From assembly GCA_964016885.1 (NCBI GenBank), contig OZ024749.1, positions 20,088,001 through 20,152,000 of the forward strand: DNA of 64,000 bases. Reading direction: 5' to 3'. This document shows, piece after piece, positions 13,801-28,300 of this stretch. Every line of letters begins with the position of its first letter. Positions within the stretch are counted from its first letter, which is position 1. The DNA is from Eledone cirrhosa (Eukaryota). The notes under the pieces are model-generated. The model saw nothing but the letters and a program-made list of their open reading frames with translations. It did no database searches and was not told where the DNA came from. The position numbers and the translations under genes were made by a program.

Positions 13801-14715
13801 TGGACTGTGTGTTTTTTTGTCGTGACACCTACATGGCCACATAACACCGTGGACTGTGTGTTTTTTTGTCATGACACCTACATGGCCACATTACAGAGTG
13901 GACTGTGTGTTTTTTTGTTGTGACACACCTACATGGCCACATTACAGCATGGACTGTGTGTTTTTTTTGTCGTGACACCTACATGGCCACATTACAGAGT
14001 GGACTGTGTGTTTTTTTGTCGTGACACACCTACATGGCCACATTACACCGTGGACTGTGTGTTTTTTTGTCATGACACCTACATGGCCACATTACAGCAT
14101 GGACTGTGTGTTTTTTTGTCATGACACCTACATGGCCACATAACAGCGTGGACTGTGTTTTTTTTGTCATGACACCTACATGGCCACATTACAGAGTGGA
14201 CTGTGTGTTTTTTTGTCGTGACACACCTACATGGCCACATTACAGCGTGGACTGTGTGTTTTTTTGTTGTGACACCTACATGGCCACATTACAGGGTGGA
14301 CTGTGTGTTTTTTTGTCATGATACCTACATGGCCACATAACAGCGTGGACTGTGTTTTTTTGTCATGACACCTACATGGCCACATTACAGCGTAGACTGT
14401 GTTTTTTTGTCATGACACCTACATGGCCACATTACAGCGTGGACTGTGTGTTTTTTTGTCGTGATACCTACATGGCCATATAACAGCATGGACTGTGTGT
14501 TTTTTTGTTGTGACACCTACATGGCCACATTACAGGGTGGACTGTGTGTTTTTTTGTCATGACACCTACATGGCCACATTACAGCGTAGACTGTGTTTTT
14601 TTGTCGTGACACCTACATGGCCACATTACAGCGTAGACTGTGTTTTTTTGTCGTGACACCTACATGGCCACATTACAGCGTGGACTGTGTGTTTTTTTGT
14701 CGTGACACCTACATG
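10847..14715. repeat. 49/51-bp minisatellite, roughly 77 units
   Basis: Unit ggccacattacagcgtggactgtgtgtttttttgtcgtgacac(ac)ctacat; present once in RTE-B 3' UTRs (about 21917-21966, 23841-23890). Confidence 0.97.
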
Positions 14716-15291
14716 ATCTCGATCTTATTATCTCATTTATTTGGACTGGATGTTGTGGTACCAACTTTACAGAGAGAGGGTGGTGTTAGTGGGAGTGGGA
14801 GGCTAGGGTAGGGGTAGTGGATTGGGGTGTATATTTGGGTAAGAGGTGCCTACTTGACTGTAGGTTTCGCTTTGTACATAGGCAAGGTGGGTCTTCTGTA
14901 TTACTGCGTAGCGCCAAAGATCTCGGTCCAGTGACATTGTCTTGCAAGTGTGTATGGTCGGAAGACATACACATCCATACATAAACACTCACACACACAC
15001 ACACACAAATTTATACATAAACAAACTCACACACAGACACTCACACACACACATCCATACATAAGCACACTCACATATGGACACATCCATACATAAACAC
15101 ACACACACACAAAGACATATGCACACACACACAAATATACTTCCTATATATATCCTATTCATATTTGTGTGTATATGTGTGTCTATAGAGCTATGTATGT
15201 ATATGTCTGCAGAGATGCATGTATGTATGTGTGTGTATATATGTATATATATATGTGTGTATGCAGATATATATGTATGTATGTATGTATG

Positions 15292-15332
<41 letters not shown>

Positions 15333-15362
15333 GCATATATGTATATATATGTGTATGTATAT

Positions 15363-15444
<82 letters not shown>

Positions 15445-15784
15445 ATATATATATATGCATATATATATATATATGTAGATAAATCTACCAAGAGTTTACG
15501 GTAGTGTCCAATCCGTATGAAGAACTCAATGTGTTAAATATGCATACCAATTATAACACATATATACCCTAGAAACGATCGTTAAATAGTGAACTTTTTT
15601 TGTTTAATATAAGGAATTGTTTGTTCATTATTTGTTTAATATTTTATATATATATATATATATATATAGACTATCTATATATATATATCTATATATAGAC
15701 TATCCGGGAGCTTCCAACAGAAATGGTCGCATTCTTTAAAGGTATGTCAATATTTATTTATAAAACTAATCTATATTATATTTT

Positions 15785-16639
15785 ATCTGATGAAACCGCA
15801 CCATAATTTGACTTGGTGTCCTTAAAATATATATCATAATCTATAAAGCTCAGTGTGTGGTCATGCTCCTTCGTTATAGAAATCTACGATATAGAATTTC
15901 TTCAATTGCAATTTACAACTCAGCATTCGAAATAGTTTCGATTGCATCTTGACGCAGATAATTTTTTCAATTTCACCGACAATTACACCAAAAATAGATA
16001 AAACTCAATATTTTACGATTTTTCTCTCACATTTAAACTGCTGAACTCTTTCTACTACCATTCAAAATCTATACAACTTCATACTTGCTGCTACTTTCTC
16101 TTTCCAAGCTTGATGGTGATACTGTCCGTTCACACCACTCCCTACTGTCTTAAATTTAGAAAACACATATCCTCTATGAGGTTACTAAACCTGCTAGAAA
16201 CAGCAGCTAACTCTCCCCCATATCACACCACTCCCTACTGTCTTAAATTTAGAAAACACATATCCTCTATGAGGTCACTAAACCTGCTAGAAACAACAGC
16301 TAACTCTCCCTCATATCACAACCCTCCCTACTGTCTTAAATTTAGAAAACACACAGACAACCATGCAGAACAACTCCATCGCAGCTCTGTTGTTCGGCTG
16401 GCATCGTCTACGCGCGTGTTGCGCAAGTACTGTGAAACAATAAATTTCAACACTTTTTTGCACAGAGATAATATCCATAGGCGAAACTACAATTGTCACT
16501 GCTGGCGCAGCTCCTGCTTCCAGGTCTGCAATTCATTCACCCAGTGCCTGGCAGACAAAAAAGTGCTGCCATAAAATGGGTGGTGCAACCTAACTTTGGT
16601 AACTTAATGACCCTGAGCAACACCGGGCTTTAATGCTAG
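15785..16639 (+). mobile_element. Non-autonomous Helitron-like element with internal tandem duplication
   Basis: 3' hairpin ccctgagcaacaccggg followed by CTAG|T (16636-16640); internal repeat of about 95 bp, 2.3 copies, at about 16130-16350. The 5' boundary is uncertain. Confidence 0.6.
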
Positions 16640-16859
16640 TAATAAAATAAATATGGTTTTATAAATATAGTTTCCATTTGTTAATATATCGTATATATAT
16701 CTATATATATGTATGTATATGCATATATGTATATATATGTGTATGTAAATGCATATATATATGTATATATATATATGTATGTATATATATATATATGTGT
16801 GTGTGTGTATGTATATGTATATGTATGTATGTATGTATGTATGTACATATGTATGTATT

Positions 16860-16901
<42 letters not shown>

Positions 16902-17137
16902 GAAGGGAAAGAAAGAGTAACATAAAACAACAACAAACAAGAAAAACCAACACAAAAGTAGTTGTTTTTCTGTCAGATTATGAACATATTTCAAGATAGA
17001 AGTGTCAAAGTATGTGTGTGTCTACATATTGTTGGCTGTGTGTATTGTTGTCTGTATGTGTATGTACACATACACACACACACAAACACACATATATAAA
17101 AATGGCCGTTAAACTCTCTGTATATATGTATATATAT

Positions 17138-17171
<34 letters not shown>

Positions 17172-17186
17172 TGTTGTCTATATGTT

Positions 17187-17225
<39 letters not shown>

Positions 17226-17320
17226 CTATGTATGTCTGTGTTTGTGTATGTGAAATGTTTCTGTATGTATATATTTTGTGTGTATATGTGTGTGTGGATT
17301 ATATATTTGTCTGTGTGAAT

Positions 17321-17361
<41 letters not shown>

Positions 17362-17507
17362 GTGTATTGTGCATGTATCTGGTTGTATTTCAAGATAATG
17401 ATGTCAAGTGTCTCTGTATATTGTTATGTATATTAGTGTGTATACACACTAATATACATAACAATATACATATAATATATATATACATATATATACATAT
17501 ATGCAGG

Positions 17508-17591
<84 letters not shown>

Positions 17592-17654
17592 CATAACAAT
17601 ATACATATAATATATATATATATACACATATATTATACACACACATACACACAT

Positions 17655-17699
<45 letters not shown>

Positions 17700-18979
17700 C
17701 CTGCATACATACATACATACAGGGCCCCTAAGTGAAATGTTGCGAGGCAGAACAAGACTACTCTAGGGCCTCAGGGAGGAGGTGAAGGGAGCTTGTCTCA
17801 AAATTGAAGGAAGCTGAGAGCTTCTTTTGAAGTGGGGGTGTTGTTGGTGTTGAGGCATCAAATATCCATGCTGAATCAGGGTGGGGTCCTTGTTACCCCC
17901 CCTCTTTCCCTTTCCGGCTTAAACCCTAACCTTCCCCCTTCATATAGGGCCTGAATATATCATCATCATCATCATCACCATCATAGTTTCATATTTATTT
18001 ATTTATTTATTTGTTTAATCTATTTAAACGTCCGTATAGAGCTAGTAAGCCATGACAGACTAAAGAGGAAGTATGAGTACTTACAGTTGGTTAATCAAAT
18101 AGAACCATGCAGGAGGTTGAGATCTGAAGTGCATATTTTAATGTTTGTGACTTGTTCACTTTCATCTATTCTTTTTCCTCCATCCTATCTTCTCTTCCTT
18201 CCTTCAAGTTAACTCACATCGAGCTGCTGATCTCTGTCCTTCGAGATAATATTTTACCCAATGCCGCTTCGACAGTATTTTGCTGCCAAACAGTTTCCAT
18301 ACGCCAAGTTTTTTCCCATTTTCCTGCCTAATTAATTCATTTAAAAAGGGGAAAAAAAATTTTTTTTCTAACTTTCAACTTTTGAAGTCGAATGGGAGGG
18401 GTGCATATTATGCTTAACAAAATGAAAAAGAAAAGGAAAGTAAGAAACAAGGGAAGCTGTAAAACATCTAGAAGTTTCTCTAATTGGATCTTTTCGTAGC
18501 TTCCATGTTCTCAAAGATTTTGTTTATAATTCGTAGACCTGTAATTATATATTGAACTGCCAATCTTGGATAGTTTTTTAAAGATTGGTTTCAATATGGC
18601 TTCTCTCTCTAACTGATAGTTTCTACATGGGATAGTTTCTACAGAGTTTCTGGAGAGTTACCACAAGAATGTAGAGGTGAATCTCTATGACCTGTTCTTG
18701 ACAGAATGTAGTTCAAAGGTATATGTTTCTTGTTTGAAGCCAATAGGTCTAATTTTACATGTTCGCATGGGTTGGATGGTATGTTTTGAGGCAATTGCTT
18801 TTTTTACAGCCAGATTCCTTTCCTGGTACCAACCTTTTCAGCTGTCTTTTACAATATGCAGTGAATGTGGGGTATCTATTCTAAAACCTTCTATACACAC
18901 TTACACAGTCATTTACAAGGAAAGTTGTGGTGCCCCAGCATAGCCACTGCCCATGGACTGGAACAAGAAAAAAAGTATG

Positions 18980-19027
<48 letters not shown>

Positions 19028-19030
<3 letters not shown>

Positions 19031-21713
19031 TCATCATCATCATCATCATCACCGTTTTACGTCTGTTCTTCCACGCTAGCATGGGTTAGACGGGTTGTCC
19101 TGTTGTGTGCAGTGTCTGGTCGGCTGACCATACCTTGCTCATACAGGAACTGATCTGGCTTGATTTCTACAGCTGGATGTCCTTCTTAACACCAACCTCA
19201 TTTACAGTGAGTGCTGGGCACTGTAAAGTGGCGCCTAGACGTCCACTTTACAGTGCGGGCTGGGTGCTTTTTTGCCGTGGCACCTCCACGACCACCTTGC
19301 GGTGGGGGTGTGGGGGCATATTGTTTATATGCTTCAGGATGTACCCATGGGAGGTAGGGTACTCTGTATTACTGCGTGACGCCAGAAGTCACGGTCGTGT
19401 GTCATTGTCTTTGAGAGGTGTAATTGGGTAAGATCGGCTTTTATCACCTCATCCCAGGTCATCTTGGGTCTCCCCACTCCGCGGTTTCCATCAACTTCTA
19501 GTGCTCTGCACCTTTTTATGCAGCTGTCATCCTTCATACGCATCACATGTCCATACCAGCGCAACCGCCTCTCCTGCACACAGCATTTGATTCCTCTTAT
19601 GCTCAGTCTCTCTCTCAATTCATTTATGCTTTGTCGTTCACGTATATTACTGTTACACATCCATCGGAGCATGCAGGCTTCGTTTCTCTCTAATCTACGT
19701 AAGTCTTCCACCTTCAGCGCCCAGGTCTCACTACCATGCAACATCGCTGTTCGGATACACGCATCATACAGTCTGCCTTTCATTCTGAGGGAGAAGCCTT
19801 TTGCAGCTAGCAGTGGTAGTAGTTCCCTAAACTTCTTCCATCCCGTTCTTACCCTAGTTATTGTACTTTCTGAACACCCACCTCCGTTGCTAATTCGGTC
19901 ACCTAGGTAGCAGAAGCTGTCTACTGTTTCTACAGGGCCCTCCCAGAGATTGGTGGTACTTGTTTCCTGTGGCTGTTTTCTGCTTGTTGTTTCAGCACAG
20001 CTGCTGCATGTGAATCCTACATTCTTAATTAAGCTTCCTGAGATCCCGCTACATCTCTTGTGTACCCATTGTTTGCATTTGGGGCAGAGAATGGAGTTCC
20101 TACCTACACCTTTCCTACATACTGAGCAAGGCCATTTCCCTGAGGGGATCTGGGTTCTGTTTTCTCGTCTACTTACAAAGACCTTAGTCTTTGTCATGTT
20201 GACTTTGAGACCCTTTCTCTCTAGTCCCTGCTTCCAGGTTTGGAATTTATTCTATAGTTCTATCATAGATTCAGCTATGAGTGCGAGGTCATCAGCATAC
20301 AGGAGTTCCCATGGGCATCCGGTCTTAAATTCCTCCGTTATTGCCTGCAGGACTATGATGAACAGGAGAGAGCTAAGAACAGAGCCCTGGTGGACCCCAA
20401 CCTGTACGCTAAATTCCTCGCTATACTCATTGCTAATCCTAACTTTGCTGACTGCTCCCCTATACATGGCTTGTACCGCTTTCACAAGCCATTCATCTAC
20501 TCCTAGTTTTCTAAGAGCCCACCAGATTACAGCACGTGGAACTCTGTCAAAGGCTTTCTCAAGGTCGACAAATGCCAAGTAGAGTGGCTTACTTTTAGCT
20601 AGGTACTTTTCCTGTAATTGCCTCACAAGGAAGAGGGCATCAGTGGTGCCTCTTCCTGGTACAAACCCAAATTGCATCTCGTCTATATTCACCCGGTCCC
20701 TAATCAGCTGTGCTATAACTCTTTCTGTTACTTTCATGACCTGGTCCATCAACTTTATACCTCTATAGTTTCCTCTATCTAGTGCGTCGCCTTTGCCGTT
20801 GTAGCAGTTGACAATGATGCTACTGCACCAATCTTTTGGTATGACCCCTTCTAGTATTACCTGGTTAAGATACGTGTGGTTATAGTGTGACCTACAGACC
20901 CAGATGCCTTCAGCATCTCAGCAGCTATACCCGATGGACCGGTTGCCTTCCCCATCTTCATATCTCTGATTGCCTTACTTACTACGCTGCCGCTGACTTG
21001 TACTGCTGGTCCCTCTATAGGGTCTACTTGGGGTAGGGTCTCTTCTTCCCATGCATTCTCCTCATTTAGTAATCTATCATAATGACTCTTCCATGCATCT
21101 TTCTTCTCAGCACTTGTGAGGGCAAGCTCACCTTTATCATTCCGGATACACTTCTCTCCAATGACATCACAACTATCTCTGACACACTGCCTCGCAATCT
21201 TGAATACCTCCTGTTTCTGGTCCTCACGTTGTAAAACATGCTTGAATTTTCTATCCTCTGCTTCTCTCCTAGCTAAGTATACTTGTCGCCTAGCTTCCCT
21301 CTTGGTCTCTATGTAATGTACCCTGCTCCCCCCGTTCTTCCATTCTTTCCATGCCTGTCTCTTGGCCTTGACTGCTTCATCTACATTATTGTTCCACCAC
21401 CAAGTCACTCTCCTCCTGCTTGAGGTCTTACTCCAGCCACAGACCTCGTCCGTCGCCTCTAGTAAATTATTTTTTAGGAACTCCCAGTTCTCTTCTACAT
21501 TAAATGTCTCTATCTGTTCTTCTTTACTGTCGTAGGCGTTGAGTAAAAGATCTTTAAATCTGTTACTGGTTGAGGGGACTTTCAGCTTCCAGATCTTTCT
21601 TCTCCAGGTTGGCCTCTGTTTCAGGGCTCGTCTAGTTCTGACCGTGAGGTCGCTGACAACTAAGCTATGTTGGGATGTACATTCCTCACTAGGGAAGGCT
21701 TTTGTGTTTACAA
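19028..21713 (-). mobile_element. RTE LINE (subfamily C), 5'-truncated, disrupted
   Basis: (CAT)n tail at 19028; ORF pieces 19334-20197, 20252-20752 and 20857-21713 with RT YADD and PHD; in-frame stop MIEL*. Confidence 0.95.
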
Positions 21714-21715
21714 TA

Positions 21716-23458
21716 TCATCATCATCATCATCATCAGGTTTAGCGTCCGTGTTCCACGCTTGCATGGGTTTGGACGGGGGTTTTCCCACTTGAGGCAAGA
21801 GTGGTTGTCTTGCTCGCATAGGACTGTCTGGCGGGTTTTCTACAGTTGGATGCCCTTCCTAACACCAACCACATTTACAGTGTGGGGCTGGGAGGTTTTT
21901 ACCGTGTTGCCTACACGGCCACATTTACAGCGTGGACTGTGTGTTTTTTTGTCGTGACACCTACACGATCTCATTTGTTTCGGCCTGGATGTTGTGGGAC
22001 CAACATAACTTTACATTGAAAGGGGCGGTGTGGATGGGGTGGAGGTGGTGGGACGGGGGTGTGTTTTGATAGAGATGCCTACTGACTGTAGTAGGTTTTT
22101 ACTTTGTATTTAGGTAAGGCGGGTCTTCTCTATTACTGAGTACCGCCAAAGGTTTCGGTCCAGTGACATTGTCTTGGAGAGGTGTAAGCGTGTGAGGTCG
22201 GAATTTATCAGCTCGTCCCATGTTTTTCTGGGTCTGCCTACTCCGTGGCTACCGTCTATCTTTATTGCCCTGCACTTTGTTATACAGCTGTCGTCTTTCA
22301 TGCGCATCACGTGACCATACCAACGTAGCCTTCTCTCGAGTAAACAACATCTGATCCCTCTTATTTCTAATTTTTTCCTTAGTTCGTTTATGCTTTGCCG
22401 TTCACGTATATTACTATTGCACATCCAGCGGAGCATGCAAGCTTCGTTCCTCTCTAGTCTGCATATATCCTCTGCACACAATGCCCAGGTCTCACTGCCA
22501 TGCAGCATTGCTGTTCGTATGCAGGCATCGTATAACCTGCCTTTCATTTTTAGGGAGAACCCTCTAGCGGCTAATAGTGGTATAAGCTCTCTGAACTTTC
22601 TCCATCCAGTTCTGACTCTAGCTACTGTACTTTCAGAGCACCCTCCCCCACTGCTGATTTTGTCACCCAGGTAACGGAAGCTGTCCACTATTTCTATAGA
22701 ACCCTCTGCGCAGTTGAAGGAGCTAGTATTTGTGGGCACTTGCTGCTACTTATTGCACCAGAGCACCGGCCACATGTAAAATCTATGTTCTTAGTTAGCT
22801 TACCCGTGATCCCACTACATCTTTTATGCACCCATACTTTGCATTTGGGACATAAAATGGAGTTTCTACCTACGCCTTTCCTACACACTGAGCATGGCCA
22901 TTTCCCAGAAGGGACCGCCGCCTTATTTTCTTTCCTACAAACTAGAACTTTAGTCTTAGCCAGGTTAATTTTAAAGCCTTTTGATTCTAGGCCGTGCTTC
23001 CATGTTTGGAATTTCTTCTCTAGCTCGGCCATTGATTCAGCTATGAGCGTTAGATCATCTGCGTATAGGAGTTCCCATGGGCAGCCGGTCTTGAACTCCA
23101 CTGTTATAGCCTGGAGGGCAATAATAAATAGTAGGGGGCTAAGAACAGAGCCCTGATGAACACCAACTTTTACACTAAACTCTTCACTATATTCGTTGTT
23201 AATTCTAACCTTGCTAACTGTTTCTTTATACATGGCTTGTATAGCTCTCACAAGCCATTCATCAACACCTAGTTTTCTAAGAGCCCACCAGATAATGGAA
23301 CGGGGGACTCTGTCGAAGGCCTTCTCCAAGTCGACGAAAGCTAAGTATAGGGGTTTACTTTTAGCTAGGTACTTCTCCTGTAGTTGTCGTACAATGAAAA
23401 GAGCGTCTGTGGTACTTTTTCCTGACACAAACCCGAACTGCATTTCATCTAGATCAAT
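21716..23458 (-). mobile_element. RTE LINE (subfamily B), 5'-truncated, one frameshift
   Basis: ORFs 22694-23443 and 22110-22739; 3' UTR and (CAT)n tail. Confidence 0.95.
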
Positions 23459-23557
23459 ATATATATATCTCTCTATATATATATATATATATATATGTAT
23501 ATTATATATATATACACATATAATAAATCATCAAAAGATGGTTAAAAGAGTTCCAAG

Positions 23558-23628
23558 TATTTTATTATGCACATTTCAAAACCAAATATCATCATGGGAT
23601 GATATCTGCGTTCTCATCAGATAAATAA
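23558..23628 (-). ncRNA. Minimal type I hammerhead motif (PLE pLTR-type)
   Basis: tatttat-CTGATGA-gaacgcagatatcatc/gatgatatttggtttt-GAAA-tgtgcaTA-ataaaata; sister copy at 61163-61227. Confidence 0.7.
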
Positions 23629-23654
23629 AACACATGATAAAACGCACACATATA

Positions 23655-25339
23655 TCATCATCATCATCGTTTAATCTTCCACACTTGCATGGGTTTGGAC
23701 GGGAGTTTTCCCACTTGAGGCAAGATTGGTTGTCCTGCTCGTATAGGACTGTCTGGTGGGTTTTCTACAGCTGGATGCCCTTCCTAACACCAACCACGTT
23801 TACAGTGTGGAATGGGAGGTTTTTACCGTGTTACCTACACGGCCACATTACAGCGTGGACTGTGTGTTTTTTTTTTGTCGTGACACCTACACAACCTCAT
23901 TTGTTTCGGACTGGATGTTGTGGTACCAACATAACTTCACATTTAAGGGGGTGGTGTGGATGGGGTGGGTGTAGTGGGACGGGGGTGTATTTTGTTAGAG
24001 GTGCCTACTGACTGTAGGTTTCGCTTTGTACTTAGGCAAGGCGGGTCTTCTGTATAACTGTGTAGCGCCAAAGATCTCGGTCCAGTGACATTGTCTTGGA
24101 GAGGTGTAAGTGTGTGAGGTCGGAATTTATCAAGTCGGCCCAGGTTTTTCTGGGTCTGCCTACTCCGTGGCTACTGTCTATTTTTATCGCCCTGCACTTT
24201 TTTATACAGCTGTCGTCTTTCATGCGCATCACGTGACCATACCAACGTAGTCTTCTCTCGAGTAAACAACATCTGATCCCTCTTATTCCTAATTTCTCCC
24301 TTATCTCGTTTATGCTTTGCCGTTCACGTATATTACTATTACACATCCAGCGGAGCATGCAAGCTTCGTTTCTCTCCAGTCTGCGTATATCCTCTGCACA
24401 CAATGCCCAGGTCTCACTGCCATGTAACATTGCTTCATATGCAGGCATCATACAGCCTGCCTTTCATATTTAGAGAGAACCCTTTAGCAGCCAATAGTGG
24501 TATAAGCTCTCTGAACTTTTTCCATCCCGTTCTGACTCTAGCTACTGTACTTTCAGAGCACCCTCCCCCACTGCTGATTTTGTCACCCAGGTAACGGAAG
24601 CTGTCCATCCACTATTTCTATAGAACCATCTGTGCAATGGAATGAGCTAGTATTCTGTGGACACTTGCTGCTACTTATTGCACCAGAGCACCGGCCACAT
24701 ATAAAATCTATATTCTTAGTTAGCTTACCTGTGATCCCACTACATCTTTTATGCGCCCATACTTTGCATTTGGGACATAAAATGGAGTTTCTGCCTACTC
24801 CTTTCCTACACACTGAGCATGGCCATTTCCCAGATGGGACTGGTGCCCCATTTTCCTTCCTACAAACTAGAACTTTAGTCTTAGACAAGTTAACTTTAAG
24901 GCCTTTTGATTCTAGGCCATGCTTCCATGTTTGGAATTTCTTCTCTAGTTCAGCCATTGATTCAGCTATGAGCGTTAGATCATCTGCATATAGGAGTTCC
25001 CATGGGCAGCCAGTCTTGAACTCCTCTGTTATAGCCTGAAGGGCAATAATAAATAGTAGGGGGCTAAGGATGGAGCCCTGATGAACACCAACTTTTACGC
25101 TAAACACTATATTCGTTGTTAATTCTAGCCTTGCTGACTGTTTCTTTATACATGGCTTGTATAGCTCTCACAAGCCATTCATCAACACCTAGTTTTCTAA
25201 GGGCCCACCAGATAATCGAGCGGGGTACTCTGTCAAAGGCTTTCTCCAAGTCAACAAAAGCTAAGTATAGGGGTTTACTTTTAGCTAGGTACTTCTCCTG
25301 TAGTTGTCGTACAATGAAGAGAGCGTCTGTTGTACTTTT
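23655..25339 (-). mobile_element. RTE LINE (subfamily B variant), 5'-truncated, frameshifted
   Basis: ORF pieces 24032-24451, 24583-25107 and 25100-25339; tail at 23655. Confidence 0.93.
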
Positions 25340-28300
25340 CATCATCATCATCATCATCACCGTTTTACGTCCGTTCTTCCATGCTAGCATGGGTTAGACG
25401 GGTTGTCCTGTTGTGGGCAATGTCTGGTCGGCTGACCATGCCTTGCTCATACAGGAACTGATTTGGCTTGATTTCTACAGCTGGATGCCCTTCCTAACAC
25501 CAACCTCATTTACAGTGAGTGCTGGGTGCTTTTTCGTGGCGCCTACATGTCCACTTTACAGTGTGGGCTGGGTGCTTTTTTGCCGTGGCACCTCCACGAC
25601 CATCTTCCGGTGGGGGGTGTGGGGGCATATTGTCTATATGCTTCAGCTTGTACCCATGGGAGGTCGGGTACCCTGTATTACTGCGTGACGTCAGAGGTCA
25701 CGGTCGTGTGTCATCACCTTTGAGAGGTGTAGTTGGGTAAGGTCGGCTTTTATCACCTCATCCCAGGTCATCTTGGGTCTCCCCACTCCGCGGTTTCCAT
25801 CGAATTCTAGTGCTCTGCACCTTTTAATGAAGCTGTCATCCTTCATACGCATCACATGTCCATACCAGCGCAACCTCCTCTCCTGCACACAGCATTTGAT
25901 TCCTCTTATGCTCAGTCTCTCTCTCAATTCATTTATGCTTTGTCGTTCACGTATATTACTGTTACACATCCATCAGAGCATGCAGGCTTCGTTTCTCTCT
26001 AATCTACGTAAGTCTTCCACCTTCAGCGCCCAGGTCTCACTACCATGCAACATTGCTGTTCGGATACACGCATCATACAGTCTGCCTTTCATTCTGAGGG
26101 AGAAGCCTTTTGCAGCTAGCAGTGGTAGTAGTTCCCTAAACTTCTTCCATCCCGTTCTTACCCTAGTTATTGTACTTTCTGAACACCCACCTCCGCTGCT
26201 AATTCGGTCACCTAGGTAGCAGAAGCAGTCTACTGTTTCTACAGAGCCCTCCCAGAGATTGGTGGTTCTTGTTTCCTGTGGCTGTTTGCTGCTTGCTGTC
26301 TCAGCACAGCTGCTGCATGTGAATCCTACATTCTTAATTAAGCTTCCTGAGATCCCGCTACATCTCTTGTGTACCCATTGTTTGCATTTGGGGCAAAGAA
26401 TGGAGTTCCTACCTACACCTTTCCTACATACTGAGCAAGGCCATTTCCCTGAGGGGATCTGGGTTCTGTTTTCTCGTCTATTTACAAGGACCTTTGTCTT
26501 TGTCATGTTGACTTTGAGACCCTTTCTCTCTAGTCCCTGCTTCCAGGTTTGGAATTTATTCTATAGTTCTATCATAGATTCAGCTATGAGTGCGAGGTCA
26601 TCAGCATACAGGAGTTCCCATGGGCATCCGATCTTAAACTCCTCCGTTACTGCCTGCAGGACTATGTTGAACAGGAGGGGGCTAAGAACAGAGCCCTGGT
26701 GAACCCCAACCTGTACGCTAAATTCCTCGCTATACTCATTGCTAATCCTAACTTTGCTGACTGCTCCCCTATACATGGCTTGTACCGCTTTCACAAGCCA
26801 TTCATCTACTCCTAGTTTTCTAAGAGCCCACCAGATTACAGCACGTGGAACTCTGTCAAAGGCTTTCTCAAGGTCGACAAATGCCAAGTAGAGTGGCTTA
26901 CTTTTAGCTAGGTACTTTTCCTGTAATTGCCTCACAAGGAAGAGGGCATCAGTGGTGCCTTTTCCTGGTACAAACCCAAATTGCATCTCGTCTATTTCCA
27001 CCTGGTCCCTAATCAACTGTGCTATAACTCTTTCTGTTACTTTCATGTCCTGGTCCATCAACTTTATACCTCTATAGTTTCCTCTATCTAGTGCATCGCC
27101 TTTACCTTTGTAGCAGTTGACAATGATGCTACTGCACCAATCTTTTGGTATGACACCTTTTAGTATTACCTGGTTAACAATACGTGTGGTTATTGTGTGA
27201 CCTACAGACCCAGATGCCTTCAGCATCTCGGCAGCTATACCCGATGGACCGGTTGCCTTCCCCATCTTCATATCTTTGATTGCCTTACTTACTACGTTGC
27301 TGCTGACTTGTACTGCTGGCCCCTCTATAGGGTCTACTTGGGGTAGGGTCTCTTCTTCCCATGCATTCTCCTCATTTAGTAATCTATCATAATAACTCTT
27401 CCATGCATCTTTCTTCTCAGCACTTGTGAGGGCAAGCTCACCTTTATCATTCCGGATACACTTCTCTCCAATGACATCACAACTATCTCTGACACACTGC
27501 CTCGCAATCTTGAATACCTCCTGTTTCTGGTCCTCACGTTGCAAAACATGCTTGAATTTTCTATCCTCTGCTTCTCTCCTAGCTAAGTATACTCATCGCC
27601 TAGCTTCCCTCTTGGTCTCTATGTAATGTACCCTGCTCCCCCCGTTCTTCCATTCTTTCCATGCCCGTCTCTTGGCCTTAACTGCTTCATCTACCTTATT
27701 GTTCCACCAGCAAGTCACTCTCCTCCTGCTTGAGGTCTTACTCCAGCCACAGACCTCATCCGTTTTTAGGAACTCCCAGTTCTCTTCTACATTAAATGTC
27801 TCTATCTGTTCTTCTTTACTGTCGTAGGTGTTGAGTAAAATATCTTTAAATCTGTTACTGGTTGAGGGGACTTTCAGCTTCCAGATCTTTCTTCTCCAGG
27901 TTGGACTCTGTTTCCAGGTTCGTCTAGTTCTGACTGTGAGGTCGCTGACAACTAAGCTATGTTGGGATGTACATTCCTCACTAGGGAAGGCTTTTGTGTT
28001 TACGACCGTCCATCTGTCACGTCCTCTGATGAGGATAAAATCTATCTGACTGGAGTGCTCCCCTGATCTATAGGTGATCAGGTGGTTGTCGGGTTTTTTA
28101 AAGTTTTTGTTACATATCGACATGTCATTGGCGTCGCAGAATTCTAGAAGCCTGAATCCTTCCTCATTTCTTGTGCCAACCCCATGGCCTCCATGTACTC
28201 TATTGAAGCCGTCACAGTGTTTACCTACGTGTCCATTAAAATCTCCTGCGATGATTAGGAAGTCATTGTCGTCTGTTAGAGCAGTATTGTGCATTAGGGA

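Larger units (their letters stand above)
10531..14965 (-). mobile_element. RTE (subfamily B) 3' fragment whose 3' UTR contains a MITE and a 3.9-kb satellite
   Basis: 10531-10679 and 14716-14960 match consecutive parts of the RTE-B 3' UTR and ORF end (KTMSLDRDLWRYAVIQKT). Confidence 0.85.

Noticed and set aside
10847-14715. CRISPR-like regular repeat
   Set aside because: No unique spacers, no cas genes, eukaryotic context; the unit is an RTE UTR segment. The same applies to the other arrays.
17720-17953. Possible hAT MITE (cagggccccta...tagggcctg)
   Set aside because: Imperfect TIR and no convincing 8-bp TSD.
19464-20582. Antisense ORFs over RTE copies
   Set aside because: Shadow frames of the LINE ORF with no independent motifs.
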